Part shown: piece by piece, positions 19,187-27,985 of the stretch
Position numbering within the stretch: position 1 is the stretch's first letter
How the letters are laid out: each line of letters starts with the position of its first letter
Assembly (NCBI GenBank): GCA_038734825.1
Contig: JAVYOD010000003.1
Location: forward strand, 1 to 43,859
From: Thermoplasmatales archaeon
GTDB lineage: Archaea; Thermoplasmatota; Thermoplasmata; Thermoplasmatales; GCA-001856825
DNA length: 43,859 nt
Reading direction: 5' to 3'
Translations under genes and position numbers: made by a program
The notes under the pieces: generated by a model
Databases searched by the model: none
The model's input: only the letters and a program-made list of their open reading frames with translations
What the model was told of the DNA's origin: nothing

Positions 19187-20194
19187 ATGATGGATGAAAA
19201 CAAAATTTTTCAGGATTTGTCACGTTTTGGTCTATCTCCCTATGAGGTGAAGGTTCTTTCCACACTTCTTTTGAAGGGACCGTTGACATCCATGGATGTG
19301 GTTAGGGCCTCCGGGGTGCCACAGCCTCGAATTTACGATATATTTGAATCTCTTATAAGGAAAGGATTTGTTGAGGTCAGCCCAGGCAGGAGACGGATAT
19401 ACCGTGCAATACCCTTATCTATATCACTTGAAAGGCAGCTGGATGAGCTTAGGGATATTGCTGATAGCGTAAGTTCATATGTACAGGAACACCAAGGTAA
19501 GAAAACAAATGAAACACCTCTCGTCTGGCTCATAGAAGGGAGAGAACATGTTATTTCAAGAATAAGAAATATGATCAACGAATCAAAAAGTGAAATTATC
19601 TTGTCAATTACTTATGACACATTCAGAGCCATTAGAAAGTATATGGAAAAGGCGGTTTCAAGAGGTGTAACAGTAGCTGTCGTACTCTATCCGGATACCC
19701 CTATTCAGAGGATTCAGGCTCTAGAAGGCATAGTTGCTAAAAGGCGAGAATCAGTTGCTTCTGAGGTTATAATAGTAGACAGGGACCAAGCGCTTCTAAA
19801 TGTCAATAATTATAATTCAGATCAAAATTATGCTCTCTATTTTGAAGAGAACGAATTAATCCACGTTCTAAATTATTATTACTTTCACACAATCTGGGAG
19901 CCATCTAGCTATGTAAATACATTTAGCAGTAGCAAGTCCCTGAAATTCACGACTTCGTGGCTAGCATGTGAGGCAATTGATCAGATTAGTAAATCCGGCA
20001 GACCAATAAAAGGTGAGTTAAGATGCCTGATAGGCGACCAGGAACATACGATAATAGGAACTATCACAGGCACAAAAAGAATTCCAGGATTGCAGCACGC
20101 TTTTTTTATTGAGGCGGATGGAAGAACTTATTCTGTAGGGGGCAGGACTGCAAGATTGGAAGATGCTAAACTTATAGAAATAAAAATAAATTAA
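19187..20194 (+). CDS. trmB: TrmB-family sugar-sensing transcriptional regulator
   Basis: FGLSPYEVKV, SGVPQPRIYD wHTH, C-terminal effector domain ending YSVGGRTARLED. Confidence 0.92.
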   Translation: MMDENKIFQDLSRFGLSPYEVKVLSTLLLKGPLTSMDVVRASGVPQPRIYDIFESLIRKGFVEVSPGRRRIYRAIPLSISLERQLDELRDIADSVSSYVQEHQGKKTNETPLVWLIEGREHVISRIRNMINESKSEIILSITYDTFRAIRKYMEKAVSRGVTVAVVLYPDTPIQRIQALEGIVAKRRESVASEVIIVDRDQALLNVNNYNSDQNYALYFEENELIHVLNYYYFHTIWEPSSYVNTFSSSKSLKFTTSWLACEAIDQISKSGRPIKGELRCLIGDQEHTIIGTITGTKRIPGLQHAFFIEADGRTYSVGGRTARLEDAKLIEIKIN

Positions 20195-20210
20195 TATTGT
20201 GAGAGTGCAA

Positions 20211-21125
20211 CTATTTGTATCTCCCAATTGAAAATCCAGATACGAGATACTTCTGGAACACGAAAAATACGATAAAGATAGGTAATCCCATAAGCACAGC
20301 GAAGGCTGCAAATGTATTGTAATTCATTGATACTGTGCCAGTTGACACATAATACATGCCAATTGCCAGCGTGTAGAGGTGAGCAGATGTTAAGAACTGC
20401 CCTGCAAGAGCATAATCTGTGTACGGTCCCATGAATGAAAGTATGAAAGAAAATATTACAGCCGGGAATGCTGATGGAATCAGTACCTTGAAAAGTGCCT
20501 CAGTTCTTGAATAGCCGTCTAACTGTGCGGCCTCCTCATAGTCCTTTGGAATCGAATCGACGTAGTTCTTTATCAAATATGTTGAGAATATTAAAGCCCC
20601 AGCAGAATAAGGAATGAGCAATGCAAATATATTATCAATCAACCTGAGCTTAGCGAACATGAAGTAATATGGTATGACCATGACAGTCATCGGGAATGTC
20701 GTTAAAATAAGAAGCATGTAAAGTAGCACCTTTTTCCCAGACATATTGAAACGCGACAATACAATTCCGGAGGTTATTGCTAACCCAACACCTATAAGTG
20801 AAGATACACCTGTTAAGAAAAGAGAATTTCTCAGCCAAAGTAAAAAAGGATAGTGCGTTAGAATAGATACATAGGTTGAAGTTACCATACGGGAAAAGTT
20901 AGGAATAATGGCTGAAAGAGACATTAGTCCGAGTGATGGAACAGGACTGAAGGATAACATGATCATATAATAAATAGGAAAAACAGAGTATATAGAAACT
21001 ATAGATAGAATAATATACGTTATTATCCGTTTAACTTTTCTAATATTCTTATAATATTGGTTTTTTGAGCCAAAAATATTGAGATTTTTTTGTTTTGGAA
21101 TATTCGTACTCACATTTCTATCCAT
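20211..21125 (-). CDS. malG: Sugar ABC transporter permease (MalG-like)
   Basis: Multiple TM helices, EAA loop SIPKDYEEAAQLDG, FQKYLVSG end. Confidence 0.9.
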   Translation of the reverse strand: MDRNVSTNIPKQKNLNIFGSKNQYYKNIRKVKRIITYIILSIVSIYSVFPIYYMIMLSFSPVPSLGLMSLSAIIPNFSRMVTSTYVSILTHYPFLLWLRNSLFLTGVSSLIGVGLAITSGIVLSRFNMSGKKVLLYMLLILTTFPMTVMVIPYYFMFAKLRLIDNIFALLIPYSAGALIFSTYLIKNYVDSIPKDYEEAAQLDGYSRTEALFKVLIPSAFPAVIFSFILSFMGPYTDYALAGQFLTSAHLYTLAIGMYYVSTGTVSMNYNTFAAFAVLMGLPIFIVFFVFQKYLVSGFSIGRYK

Positions 21126-21134
21126 AGCAACACC

Positions 21135-22055
21135 TCAATATAGCACCTGCATCATCTTCGTATACTTATTAGCTAAAACAACGAAGACAACGAGCAGAAT
21201 AAGCGAAATAATGGAATAGGCAGCGGCAACACTGTAATCGCCATCACTGAACGCAAGAATGTAGGAGTAGACCATAAGCGTGCTTGTAGATATTCCGGGA
21301 CCACCCCCTGTCAACAGGTAAATCACATAAAAATTATTCCAAGTAAATATGAATCCAAATATTGTGATAAATGCAACCTGGCGGCTCACTAGAGGTAGCA
21401 CAACTCTTCGTAGGCGTCCGAAGAGACCATAGCCATCCATTTCTGCAGCATCATTCAGCTCAGTTGGTATACTTTGAAGTGTTGCTGTGAATACAAATGT
21501 GTAATAAGGGAAGGAAAGCCAGAGATTTACTAATATTGCCGAAAGCATTGCAAGCGAAGGGTTTGTTAGCCAGTCCGGACCTTTTAACCCGATAGCCGTT
21601 AACATCTGATCAATAATGCCGAAGTGAGCGTCAAGCATACCACCCCATATAAGAATAGTTATGAAGGCGGGATATGCCCAGGGAAAAAGGAATAATGTCC
21701 TAAAGGCATATTTCCCCCTTAGATCCCTCTGATTCATGAGTAAAGCGAGAGCGAAACCAACCGGAACCATTAATGCAATGCTACCCAAACTAAAAACAAC
21801 AGTATTCAGAAATACTTCTTGTAGATGGAAAAAAGTTATAGCGTATTTATACATAAGCAGACCCACAAAAGGCGGCCTTAGAAAGTGGGGTCCGGTACTG
21901 AAGTTGAAAAATGAAAGATAAACTGTATATCCAAAAGGATAAAAATTCAAAAATGCCAACACAAGAATAACGGGAAGGAGATAAAGATAACCCAGTAATG
22001 TATCGCTTTGAATTTTTCGCGTACCGGAATGTGCCTGTGCTACCAAATTAGTCAT
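21135..22055 (-). CDS. malF: Sugar ABC transporter permease (MalF-like)
   Basis: TM helices, EAA loop SIPTELNDAAEMDG, LTGGGP. Confidence 0.9.
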   Translation of the reverse strand: MTNLVAQAHSGTRKIQSDTLLGYLYLLPVILVLAFLNFYPFGYTVYLSFFNFSTGPHFLRPPFVGLLMYKYAITFFHLQEVFLNTVVFSLGSIALMVPVGFALALLMNQRDLRGKYAFRTLFLFPWAYPAFITILIWGGMLDAHFGIIDQMLTAIGLKGPDWLTNPSLAMLSAILVNLWLSFPYYTFVFTATLQSIPTELNDAAEMDGYGLFGRLRRVVLPLVSRQVAFITIFGFIFTWNNFYVIYLLTGGGPGISTSTLMVYSYILAFSDGDYSVAAAYSIISLILLVVFVVLANKYTKMMQVLY

Positions 22056-22073
22056 GATATCATAATAAAAAAA

Positions 22074-23537
22074 TTAAAATTTAATGGCAGAATCAACTGC
22101 CATAAAGAAATTTTGCTGCACCGTGCTTGCTTGCGTTGTTTCTTGGCCATTTTGATTTATCTGGGGGCGGTCGTTAACTGCCGCTGATGTTGGATATCCC
22201 GCAGCCTGCAATGAATTTAGGATTCCTTGCTGTATCTGATTCATGACCGTGACTACAGGGTGAGGCCCTAATTTGGTACTATTCGCCCAGAGGTTTGAGG
22301 CACCAATGTGGAAGTTTGACCAGTAATAGTTCATCTGTACAAAGTTTGGTTGGATCTGCGTGTGGAGTTCCTGTTGCAGCCATCCATCAATAAGTGGATC
22401 TGAAGCTCTCAGGGACGCGTTTGATTCTATAGCGTTAGCTGCCGATATGAGGGACGGGAAATCTCCGGCTTGCTTAAAGTACTGAATCTGTGCATTTTCG
22501 TTTGTCATGAATTCCACGAACTTTAATGCCGCCCACCTTTGGCTTGGAGTAATGCCGCTGGCAGCGGGTGTAGAAATGACCCACCCAACGGATCCCCATA
22601 TCGGTCTGGGCCACTCATGTGTAGCGTTATCGTAAGGAATTGCCTCAACGCCCAAATTGCTTCCGAGATATTTCAAATAGGTTGACTGATCCCAAGGCCC
22701 GTCGAGAATGAAAGCTGCGTGGTTTGTTTCGAAGTATGCCTGCTCTGGAGCTAATCCACTGGATGTTGAAAGACTTGTGCTATCTGGGGCATTTGGTCCC
22801 TTTGTAAGATTGAAAAGGAAACTCATAGTTTGTATGTTCTGTGTACTATTCATAACTGGTAGCCAGACAGTGCTATTGACCTGAACAAAAAGGGTTCCGT
22901 TGAACATTGGTACGAATGCTGCGTATCTATAACCATAATCGGCACCTACTGCATACGGTAGTCCCAGATATGAACTTCCCATCGCCGAGACGTTCCTAGC
23001 GTCTTGTATCATTTGGTATATATTGCTTGGAGGAATGGGAGCACCTGTTGAGTTCTTTGGAAGAAGGGCCTTGTTGTAGTATAGGCCAATTCCATTTGTG
23101 TTGACAGGAATTCCATAAAGAGCACCATTAAGCGTCCAATCTGCCCTAGTTCCAGGAGTAAAACTGTTAATGTAAGATGAGTTTAGATAAGGTGTTAAAT
23201 TCATTATAAGCCCAGAGGCATAAAGAACGCCGCCGTTATCACTCGTGTCTCTATATACATCAGGGGCTGTCCCAGATTTTGCGGCAGTAATGAAGGTCTG
23301 AGAAGCGACGTTTATAGCAGGTGAGTCACTTATAGTTATATTTGGATACAAACTTTCAAACTCTGCGAGTGTGGAATTGAATACAGCACTTTCTCCACCA
23401 GCAGAACCCGATCCCCAGACGGTAAGCGTAATTTTCTGCGAACTGGTTGGATGGTAGAACGCAGCGAAATAAGTGCCGATTCCAGCCACAATGACAACAA
23501 CTATTACGATGGCAACTATTAAAGTGCTTCTTTTCAA
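22074..23537 (-). CDS. malE: Sugar ABC transporter substrate-binding protein (MalE-like)
   Basis: N-terminal TM anchor, GTAPDV, LYGIP, LYYNK, FILDGPW, ALKFVEF. SD GGTGG before TTG. Confidence 0.88.
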   Translation of the reverse strand: MKRSTLIVAIVIVVVIVAGIGTYFAAFYHPTSSQKITLTVWGSGSAGGESAVFNSTLAEFESLYPNITISDSPAINVASQTFITAAKSGTAPDVYRDTSDNGGVLYASGLIMNLTPYLNSSYINSFTPGTRADWTLNGALYGIPVNTNGIGLYYNKALLPKNSTGAPIPPSNIYQMIQDARNVSAMGSSYLGLPYAVGADYGYRYAAFVPMFNGTLFVQVNSTVWLPVMNSTQNIQTMSFLFNLTKGPNAPDSTSLSTSSGLAPEQAYFETNHAAFILDGPWDQSTYLKYLGSNLGVEAIPYDNATHEWPRPIWGSVGWVISTPAASGITPSQRWAALKFVEFMTNENAQIQYFKQAGDFPSLISAANAIESNASLRASDPLIDGWLQQELHTQIQPNFVQMNYYWSNFHIGASNLWANSTKLGPHPVVTVMNQIQQGILNSLQAAGYPTSAAVNDRPQINQNGQETTQASTVQQNFFMAVDSAIKF

Positions 23538-23549
23538 ATTACCACCATT

Positions 23550-23570
23550 TATACTAACGGAAATAGTATA
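23550..23570. promoter_or_regulatory. Inverted repeat TATACTA-N7-TAGTATA overlapping the malE TATA box, candidate TrmB operator
   Basis: Perfect 7-bp arms seen directly. Overlaps the minus-strand TTTTATATA at about 23567-23575. Confidence 0.55.
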
Positions 23571-24482
23571 TAAAAATCTTTCTCACGAATAGCTTCTTAA
23601 CCATTTTAGCTCGTCAGCTTTTCTAATTGATAATATACATCACATCATCCATTATATTTCATCTTCCCTGCCATCATAATCCCAGCCATAGCACTATTCA
23701 TAGCTGATAATAATATCTCATTTTTTCACGCACTGTCTCTCCCTCACCAAGGATTAAATTCCCATCCATTTGATTTCTCTAACAACTCTTCTTCATAGGT
23801 AAGAGATGGATCCTGCATCACTGTATGGAAGAACTTATGATTTACTCAATTGTAACACGAAGTTCTTACTCTTATTGTAACCTTTTCGGTGCACTTATAT
23901 TCTTTATGCTTAGGACTTTTCTGGATTCCTTTGTACAAGATTTATTCGTTAATTAAGATGTTATTCATTCTTTTGCAAGCATCTCTATCTTCCCTTTCCT
24001 ACTTACATTCCATATTTCGGGAAAACAACAATATCTCCGCATGAATTTCGATCGGATAAATCAATTATCCCTTTTTTATTGGAATATGCTTTGATCTCAT
24101 TAATAATTGATATGATACCTTTATGCGATGTAATATTGTGACATAGCTCAATGACCTGAACTTGCCTGTTAGTTCTAAAATTTCCTGATGAACCATTCCA
24201 GTTCCTTGAATGAAACATATTTCTTTGACATTAGAGATGAATGAGAAACTCCTGAGGTTATTCCTTCGGGTTTCCTACATATCGTTCTCTCTATTCATAT
24301 TATCATTATTGGATTCAGTTTAGCATATATCTGTTAAGTGTTGTGCTATCAAAAACTCTTTTATCCTTCATTTCTACGTTTCCAGAGAAATGCTCTATGT
24401 GAAACACCTCTTAATAATAACATCTTAACATTTTACCGAAAGAAATTAAGAATTGATTAACAGGCGGGTACAACGGAAAAAG

Positions 24483-24490
24483 TTAATATA
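24483..24490 (+). promoter_or_regulatory. TATA box with purine-rich BRE for the small ORF / tRNA-Ser unit
   Basis: CGGAAAAAG followed by TTAATATA, 24 nt upstream of the ATG at 24515 (leaderless geometry). Confidence 0.65.
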
Positions 24491-24514
24491 GGACAAATAT
24501 CACCCTTGATCGCT

Positions 24515-24676
24515 ATGCAGAAATTGGGTGAAGTTGATGTTTACCACGATGGGGAAACATTTAGAGTATTAATATCATATCCAAACGGTGATGAGCTTGT
24601 GCTAGAGGGCGATGACCTTGAGGACATCCTGGAGCAGCTAGCTACCGAGCTATCTGACAAGTACAGCAAAATTTAG
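24515..24676 (+). CDS. 53-aa small acidic protein, HicB-like beta-beta-beta-alpha pattern, below the ORF-track cutoff
   Basis: MQKLGEVDVYHDGETFRVLISYPNGDELVLEGDDLEDILEQLATELSDKYSKI. Has its own TATA box and coding-like composition inside AT-rich DNA. Confidence 0.75.
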   Translation: MQKLGEVDVYHDGETFRVLISYPNGDELVLEGDDLEDILEQLATELSDKYSKI

Positions 24677-24756
24677 CGGGGATAGCCGAGCGGTAAGGCG
24701 ACGGCCTGCTAAGCCGTTTCCCTATGGGATCGGGGGTTCGAATCCCCCTCCCCGCG
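24676..24756 (+). tRNA. tRNA-Ser (GCT), long variable arm, no encoded CCA
   Basis: Acceptor GCGGGGA/TCCCCGC plus G, anticodon arm ACGGC-CTGCTAA-GCCGT, variable arm TCCC-TAT-GGGA, T arm GGGGG-TTCGAAT-CCCCC. Confidence 0.96.
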
Positions 24757-26318
24757 CTCCATCACAGAACATTATGTTCTTAAGAACACATAAAACTAGA
24801 TTGGCGCTGTTAAATTTTTTATTGCTTAACAGATCAGCATATCATTCACATCTGTCTAAGGCTGAATTAAAAAGTGTCACGCAAATAATAAGCTGTTACA
24901 GACAATTTATTCTTTAGCTTCAAATGGTATCACTGTTACGTGCATAATCCTTGAAAACATGCAAATAGGCAATCTAAATTAAATAGTTAAAACAATTGTG
25001 CGCACGTCCCAGAGAGACATTTTCACATCTCATTTGTTTCTGTGGGTAGTGTAGATATAATCCAATAATACCCGCAATATGTTTTAGTGTAAACCACAAA
25101 CTTCGAATTTAAGCAATTGCAGGATGTACAAGCAAATGTAAAGTCTTATGAATGTTTTAATTGAATGAGAAAACTCACTAATCGGTTCTGAATGTGACAT
25201 CATTTTATTAACCGCATGATTAACTCAGAAAGTTTTTCCACGTAATTTTCAGGATTAAGTTGCTATTATTCCGAAACAGCATGATAGAGTAGGGGACAAA
25301 ATTGCCTTCATCATAGAAATCTGGTCTTTGCATTTACGAGTTTTTCTTGCTTTAAAAACATCTTGTCAATTTACCGAATGCATATTGTTATTGATGCAGC
25401 GTTTATCTGTTCCTATCATCACTTGTTTTCAATAGTCATCAAGGATGATTTTCAAGATCAGTATTATATTTCTACTTTATTTCTGGAAGAAATTTCGAAC
25501 CTGTAGCTGCCAAATCAAAAGTATGTTTTACTATCAAAGAGCTGGCATTGGCTGTGGGATATTATGTTTGCGAAGATGCGAGAGATCCTAGAAGAGGGTA
25601 TAGAATGAAGATAAAAAAATAAGATATGTAATTAGATTATGCAAATTGCCTCTGTTGTAGATTATGGTTGCAAGGGAAACATATCTTTTCACTTCTCTGC
25701 TCTCAATTTTCTGTGAAATTTGGCGTAACCTTCATTAATTGCTGCATCTCAGACCTTGCATTGGAGTATTTGCTACAGTATTGCCTTCGGTCATGTTATT
25801 TAACTGAACAAGAGGTAGCTTTGTATTAATTACATTTGCAGTAAGGTGAAATGCGAACCGATATAGAATGGCAGTGTTGCTGATAACGAAATTAAAATTA
25901 TCGATACCTAATTCTTTATTCATCGAAGGTCTGCATGTACTTAATAGTGGAATGCTCGCAATTTTTCCGAAAAGCATAAACAATTGTTATGATTAAATTT
26001 TCGAACTGATATTACAATAGGTGGTGTCGTTAGGATATAGAGGGAAATGAGAGAGCTGATATCAGAAATCTCATTCTCAATTGAACACGGATTTGCAGCA
26101 AAATCTTGGTCTCTAGATACCAAAATTGTTGCTTAAAAAGACTGATGAGACTGCTGTTAGAAAACCAATAAATTGATGAGATTTTTTAGGTGACATAAAA
26201 AATTGATATTCAGCATAGGTTACCCGTGTCATAGATCCTTATAGTTTGTCGCTTTCCGGAGATTTAACTAATTTTTTAAATAGTTGTAAATATTTATAAA
26301 AATAAAAAAATTATAGAA

Positions 26319-26807
26319 TTATTTTTTGTCCTTATCTATATTCTCAAGCATGCAACCTGAAAGTTTCCTAGCCACTGCGATCAACGCTGCCATTTCAGGA
26401 CTTCTTATTTGGTTCATCATCTCCATTAAGCCCATTTTCTCCTTTCTTCTCGATGATACTTTTAACACGTCTCTCGCTTCAGGAGCACAAGATGCTAATG
26501 CCTCCAATATCGGGATTAGCTTATTAAAGTCAACGTTCTCCAGTAATAAGAGAAGTTTTTCTATATCTCCTTTTTTCATGACCTTGGAAAGTGGTTTTAA
26601 AACCCGAATTGCCAGGGTCACGGTATCAAGTATTTCCATCTTTGTTGAATAATTGAATATATTGTCAAAGTCCTCAGCGAATCCGTCGATCATTCCAATT
26701 ATGCCGCTCTCCTGGAGCTTTTCTATGGTGTTTATCGTGGGTTCTAATGCGTTTAGTTTGTTCTCTATTCTATCTAATTTCTCATACAAATCATCAATCG
26801 TAGTCAT
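26319..26807 (-). CDS. DUF1641-like helical membrane-associated protein
   Basis: IEKLQESGII and KMGLMEMMNQIRSPEM patterns. Lies 2 nt downstream of the SQR-like gene, the usual pairing. Confidence 0.75.
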   Translation of the reverse strand: MTTIDDLYEKLDRIENKLNALEPTINTIEKLQESGIIGMIDGFAEDFDNIFNYSTKMEILDTVTLAIRVLKPLSKVMKKGDIEKLLLLLENVDFNKLIPILEALASCAPEARDVLKVSSRRKEKMGLMEMMNQIRSPEMAALIAVARKLSGCMLENIDKDKK

Positions 26808-26809
26808 AA

Positions 26810-27985
26810 TTACACTCTCCCCCTTAGGATCGATGCATAATAATACTTCTCATATACGGCATGTAATATTTTATAGATCCTTCCCCGATCCATTAACGAG
26901 CAATCGTTGAAAACGTAAGATGGATTCTTTAACTTCCTGCCGAAATCGCAGTAAGCTACCCAGCCGTATGAACCCCCCTCCATAGCACACATCGCAACCG
27001 GATTGAACGGCAGTGTAAGGTAGCTCCCTATGACGTCATCAGCGATAAACGTTGCAACAGTGTCAGCCTCAAAATGAGTGAAAGCTCCTGCCATGCCCAT
27101 CCCAAGGGTCGGAGATATCACATCTCCTATGGAGTATATATCATCGTACTTCGAGTTTCTAAAATTATTATAGTTAGAATCAGCCCATCCTACTTTAGAT
27201 CTGAGATCATCATTATTGGAAACGAAGTCGGGTGCAGTTTGAATCGGTGCCACAATCGCGAGGTCATATTTTATCCTCTCATTATTCTCCCCAACTAGTT
27301 CGTGTTTCAAAGCGTCGGCATAGGCAGGTAGGAACTTGTAAACCCCACCTATTTTCATTTCTTCCATCCATTGTCCCAGCGGGCCAGCTATATTTTCGCC
27401 GAACATCTCAAACTGCCTCCCCATCGGGTGTGCAACAGTGATTTCAACATTATTTCTTAGCCCCTTGTTCGTGAAATATTCATGCAACATCATCGACATC
27501 TCCCACGGCACTGGTGGGCACTTGTATATAGGACTAGCGACAGAAATCACTATCTTCCCCTTTTTGAATCCTGCCAGTGCAGTTCTCAATCTCAAGGCAG
27601 ACTTCAGATCCCAAAAATGATAAGTATCCTGGTATCCGGGGAACTTAGAATCGTTAAGCTGTACACCAGGAGAGAGAACTAGAATGTCATACTTGTACTG
27701 AGCATCTTTGGTATAGACAGTTCTGTTTCCTGCATCTACCTTCGTAACCTCAGCCTTAATAGGTTTTACGTTTTTGCGCGTCATATAATTGAAATCTTTG
27801 GAAATTTGTTCCTCTGTCCTGTTTCCAAGAGCAACGTATGTAAATGAAGGTTGAAATTCGACCTTTCCTTGTTTATCCAGGACAGTAATATTTACCTGGT
27901 CATCCTGTAATATTTTTGACAAGCGTGCTGCAAGCAATCCACCTCCTGCATTACCACCAACAATGACAATATTCTTAGGTACCAT
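26810..27985 (-). CDS. sqr: Sulfide:quinone oxidoreductase / FCSD-family flavoprotein
   Basis: N-terminal FAD fold IVIVGGNAGG, FQPSF, YDILVLSPG, YKCPPVPWE, IYSIGD, second Cys in AMCAMEGG. Confidence 0.8.
   Translation of the reverse strand: MVPKNIVIVGGNAGGGLLAARLSKILQDDQVNITVLDKQGKVEFQPSFTYVALGNRTEEQISKDFNYMTRKNVKPIKAEVTKVDAGNRTVYTKDAQYKYDILVLSPGVQLNDSKFPGYQDTYHFWDLKSALRLRTALAGFKKGKIVISVASPIYKCPPVPWEMSMMLHEYFTNKGLRNNVEITVAHPMGRQFEMFGENIAGPLGQWMEEMKIGGVYKFLPAYADALKHELVGENNERIKYDLAIVAPIQTAPDFVSNNDDLRSKVGWADSNYNNFRNSKYDDIYSIGDVISPTLGMGMAGAFTHFEADTVATFIADDVIGSYLTLPFNPVAMCAMEGGSYGWVAYCDFGRKLKNPSYVFNDCSLMDRGRIYKILHAVYEKYYYASILRGRV

Noticed and set aside
23640-23830. Purine-rich minus-strand stretch resembling a decayed gene or transposase
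   Set aside because: Stops in the frames I read and no recognisable family, so it cannot be supported without BLASTX.
25735-26123. Two overlapping short ORFs as a frameshifted MFS transporter pseudogene
   Set aside because: Only a faint LYILTT / LFGKIA resemblance and not enough hydrophobic segments.
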